Virus record (IMG/VR): IMGVR_UViG_3300020595_000167
Span: 1-26,503 of that record
DNA length: 26,503 bases
Direction: 5' to 3' (one strand)
Source: a virus
Lineage: Duplodnaviria > Caudoviricetes
Position 1 is the first letter of the stretch. Every line of letters starts with the position of its first letter. Both the position numbers and the translations under genes were made by a program. Shown here piece by piece: positions 25,459 through 26,503 of this stretch. Below the pieces are notes generated by a model. That model was not told the origin of the DNA. It did no database searches and worked only from the letters and a program-made list of their open reading frames with translations.

Positions 25459-26030
25459 TTTTTACTCCACTTTGCATAGTATCTCAAACCTTTTAATTTA
25501 GTGGGATAATTAATACCACTCTCTTCTTTAAAATCTAATAGTTCAAATCCATACTTATCTACAAAATATTTATTATAGTTCCAATCCCAAGGAAAAAAAC
25601 TTAAAGATTTTTCCTCTTCTGGTAGTCTATTAATTTTATTGTATCTAATATTTCTTTGTTCAAAAGCATCCTTAAAGTTGGGATTATCTCCCATTGATTG
25701 TCGCCAAAAAATAATATCACCACTTTTAGTTATTTCACTTAAATGTTTTATTTGTAATTCTACATAAGTTTCATCATAAAAATTTAAACTTCCTAATGCT
25801 AAAAATATATCAAAATTTTTGTGTGGTATATAATCTTCAAATGATATCATTTCATCAGCTTCTTTATTATATGGATCTATCCCATATAAGTTTTTACAGT
25901 GTGGTTTAAATAAATTATAACCACAACCAATATCTAATATGTGAGCATCCTTATCAAACTCCTCTAATAACTTCCAACCAGTGTAAGTATACTTGTTATA
26001 ATCTGGCACTTTTTTTTGTAAAAATGGCAT
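25455..26030 (-). CDS. Class I SAM-dependent methyltransferase
   Basis: ILDIGCG motif I, GID, FDIFLALGSLNF. Confidence 0.8.
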   Translation of the reverse strand: MPFLQKKVPDYNKYTYTGWKLLEEFDKDAHILDIGCGYNLFKPHCKNLYGIDPYNKEADEMISFEDYIPHKNFDIFLALGSLNFYDETYVELQIKHLSEITKSGDIIFWRQSMGDNPNFKDAFEQRNIRYNKINRLPEEEKSLSFFPWDWNYNKYFVDKYGFELLDFKEESGINYPTKLKGLRYYAKWSKK

Positions 26031-26410
26031 TACTTATATGTATGTCTACCACCAATGGTTTCTGTTTTGTTTAAGTTGTGTTTAGTCGATACATTCACTG
26101 TGGCTCCAGTTCTTTTCTGAATGACACCTCTTGCCTTTTTCTTAGCATTTGTTTCACCACTACCATATCTATCTGCAAGTGGTGAGTTTGGATGTGCTTC
26201 TGCAATCCTAGACATGTTCTCTTTGAAACCGTCATCTACCTTATGTGTTTTCCCCTCAACACCACCTACAATTGCAACAGGCACCAGAACTTGTCTTATA
26301 TCTGGGTTCTCTTCTAAATATTTTTCTTTCTCTGCAATAGTCATAAAGTCTGTCCAGAGTTCCATCTGGTCTCCATGACATTCTTCTCTTTTAAATGTAT
26401 ATGTCGGCAT
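26030..26410 (-). CDS. FmdB-like protein (degenerate zinc ribbon) of T4-like phages
   Basis: MPTYTF start; ...YLEENP...DGFKE.MSRIAEAHP. Confidence 0.65.
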   Translation of the reverse strand: MPTYTFKREECHGDQMELWTDFMTIAEKEKYLEENPDIRQVLVPVAIVGGVEGKTHKVDDGFKENMSRIAEAHPNSPLADRYGSGETNAKKKARGVIQKRTGATVNVSTKHNLNKTETIGGRHTYK

Positions 26411-26425
26411 AATTTTCTCCCATGT

Positions 26426-26503
26426 TTATATATGTGTCCATCGCCACACATATCTAGGATTCTTTATCAAATCCTCATCATCTTGACACATTCCTATACT
26501 TTC
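26426..26503 (-). CDS. C-terminal fragment of an upstream gene (partial)
   Basis: Open frame ESIGMCQDDEDLIKNPRYVWRWTHI* running off the window end. Confidence 0.5.
   Translation of the reverse strand, partial: ESIGMCQDDEDLIKNPRYVWRWTHI

Overview
AT-rich segment of a T4-like (myovirus) phage genome, most likely marine. An alphaproteobacterial host is inferred from the tmRNA type. Core T4-like genes: gp27-like hub, gp53, gp48, gp4, gp2, gp54, gp26/gp51-like pair, tape-measure-like protein, gp32, gp33, T4-type lysozyme, PD-(D/E)xK exonuclease and PhoH. Accessory genes are rich in iron/Fe-S enzymes: three radical SAM proteins, two 2OG-Fe(II) oxygenases, an IscA/SufA carrier, a Rieske-type oxygenase missing its Rieske ligands, plus a nitroreductase and a methyltransferase. 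Signals not shown by the ORF track: (1) a circularly permuted two-piece tmRNA (tag ANDNFAIEDFALAA) followed by a ~160-nt unidentified structured RNA; (2) a probable programmed -1 frameshift (T TTT TTA GGG) fusing gp26 to a gp51-like frame upstream of the tape measure gene, resembling lambda gpG/gpGT; (3) a glnA-type glutamine riboswitch under a T4 late promoter, ahead of a 47-aa basic peptide; (4) a tandemly duplicated [pentapeptide-repeat protein + radical SAM] module. All calls come from reading the sequence; no searches were run.
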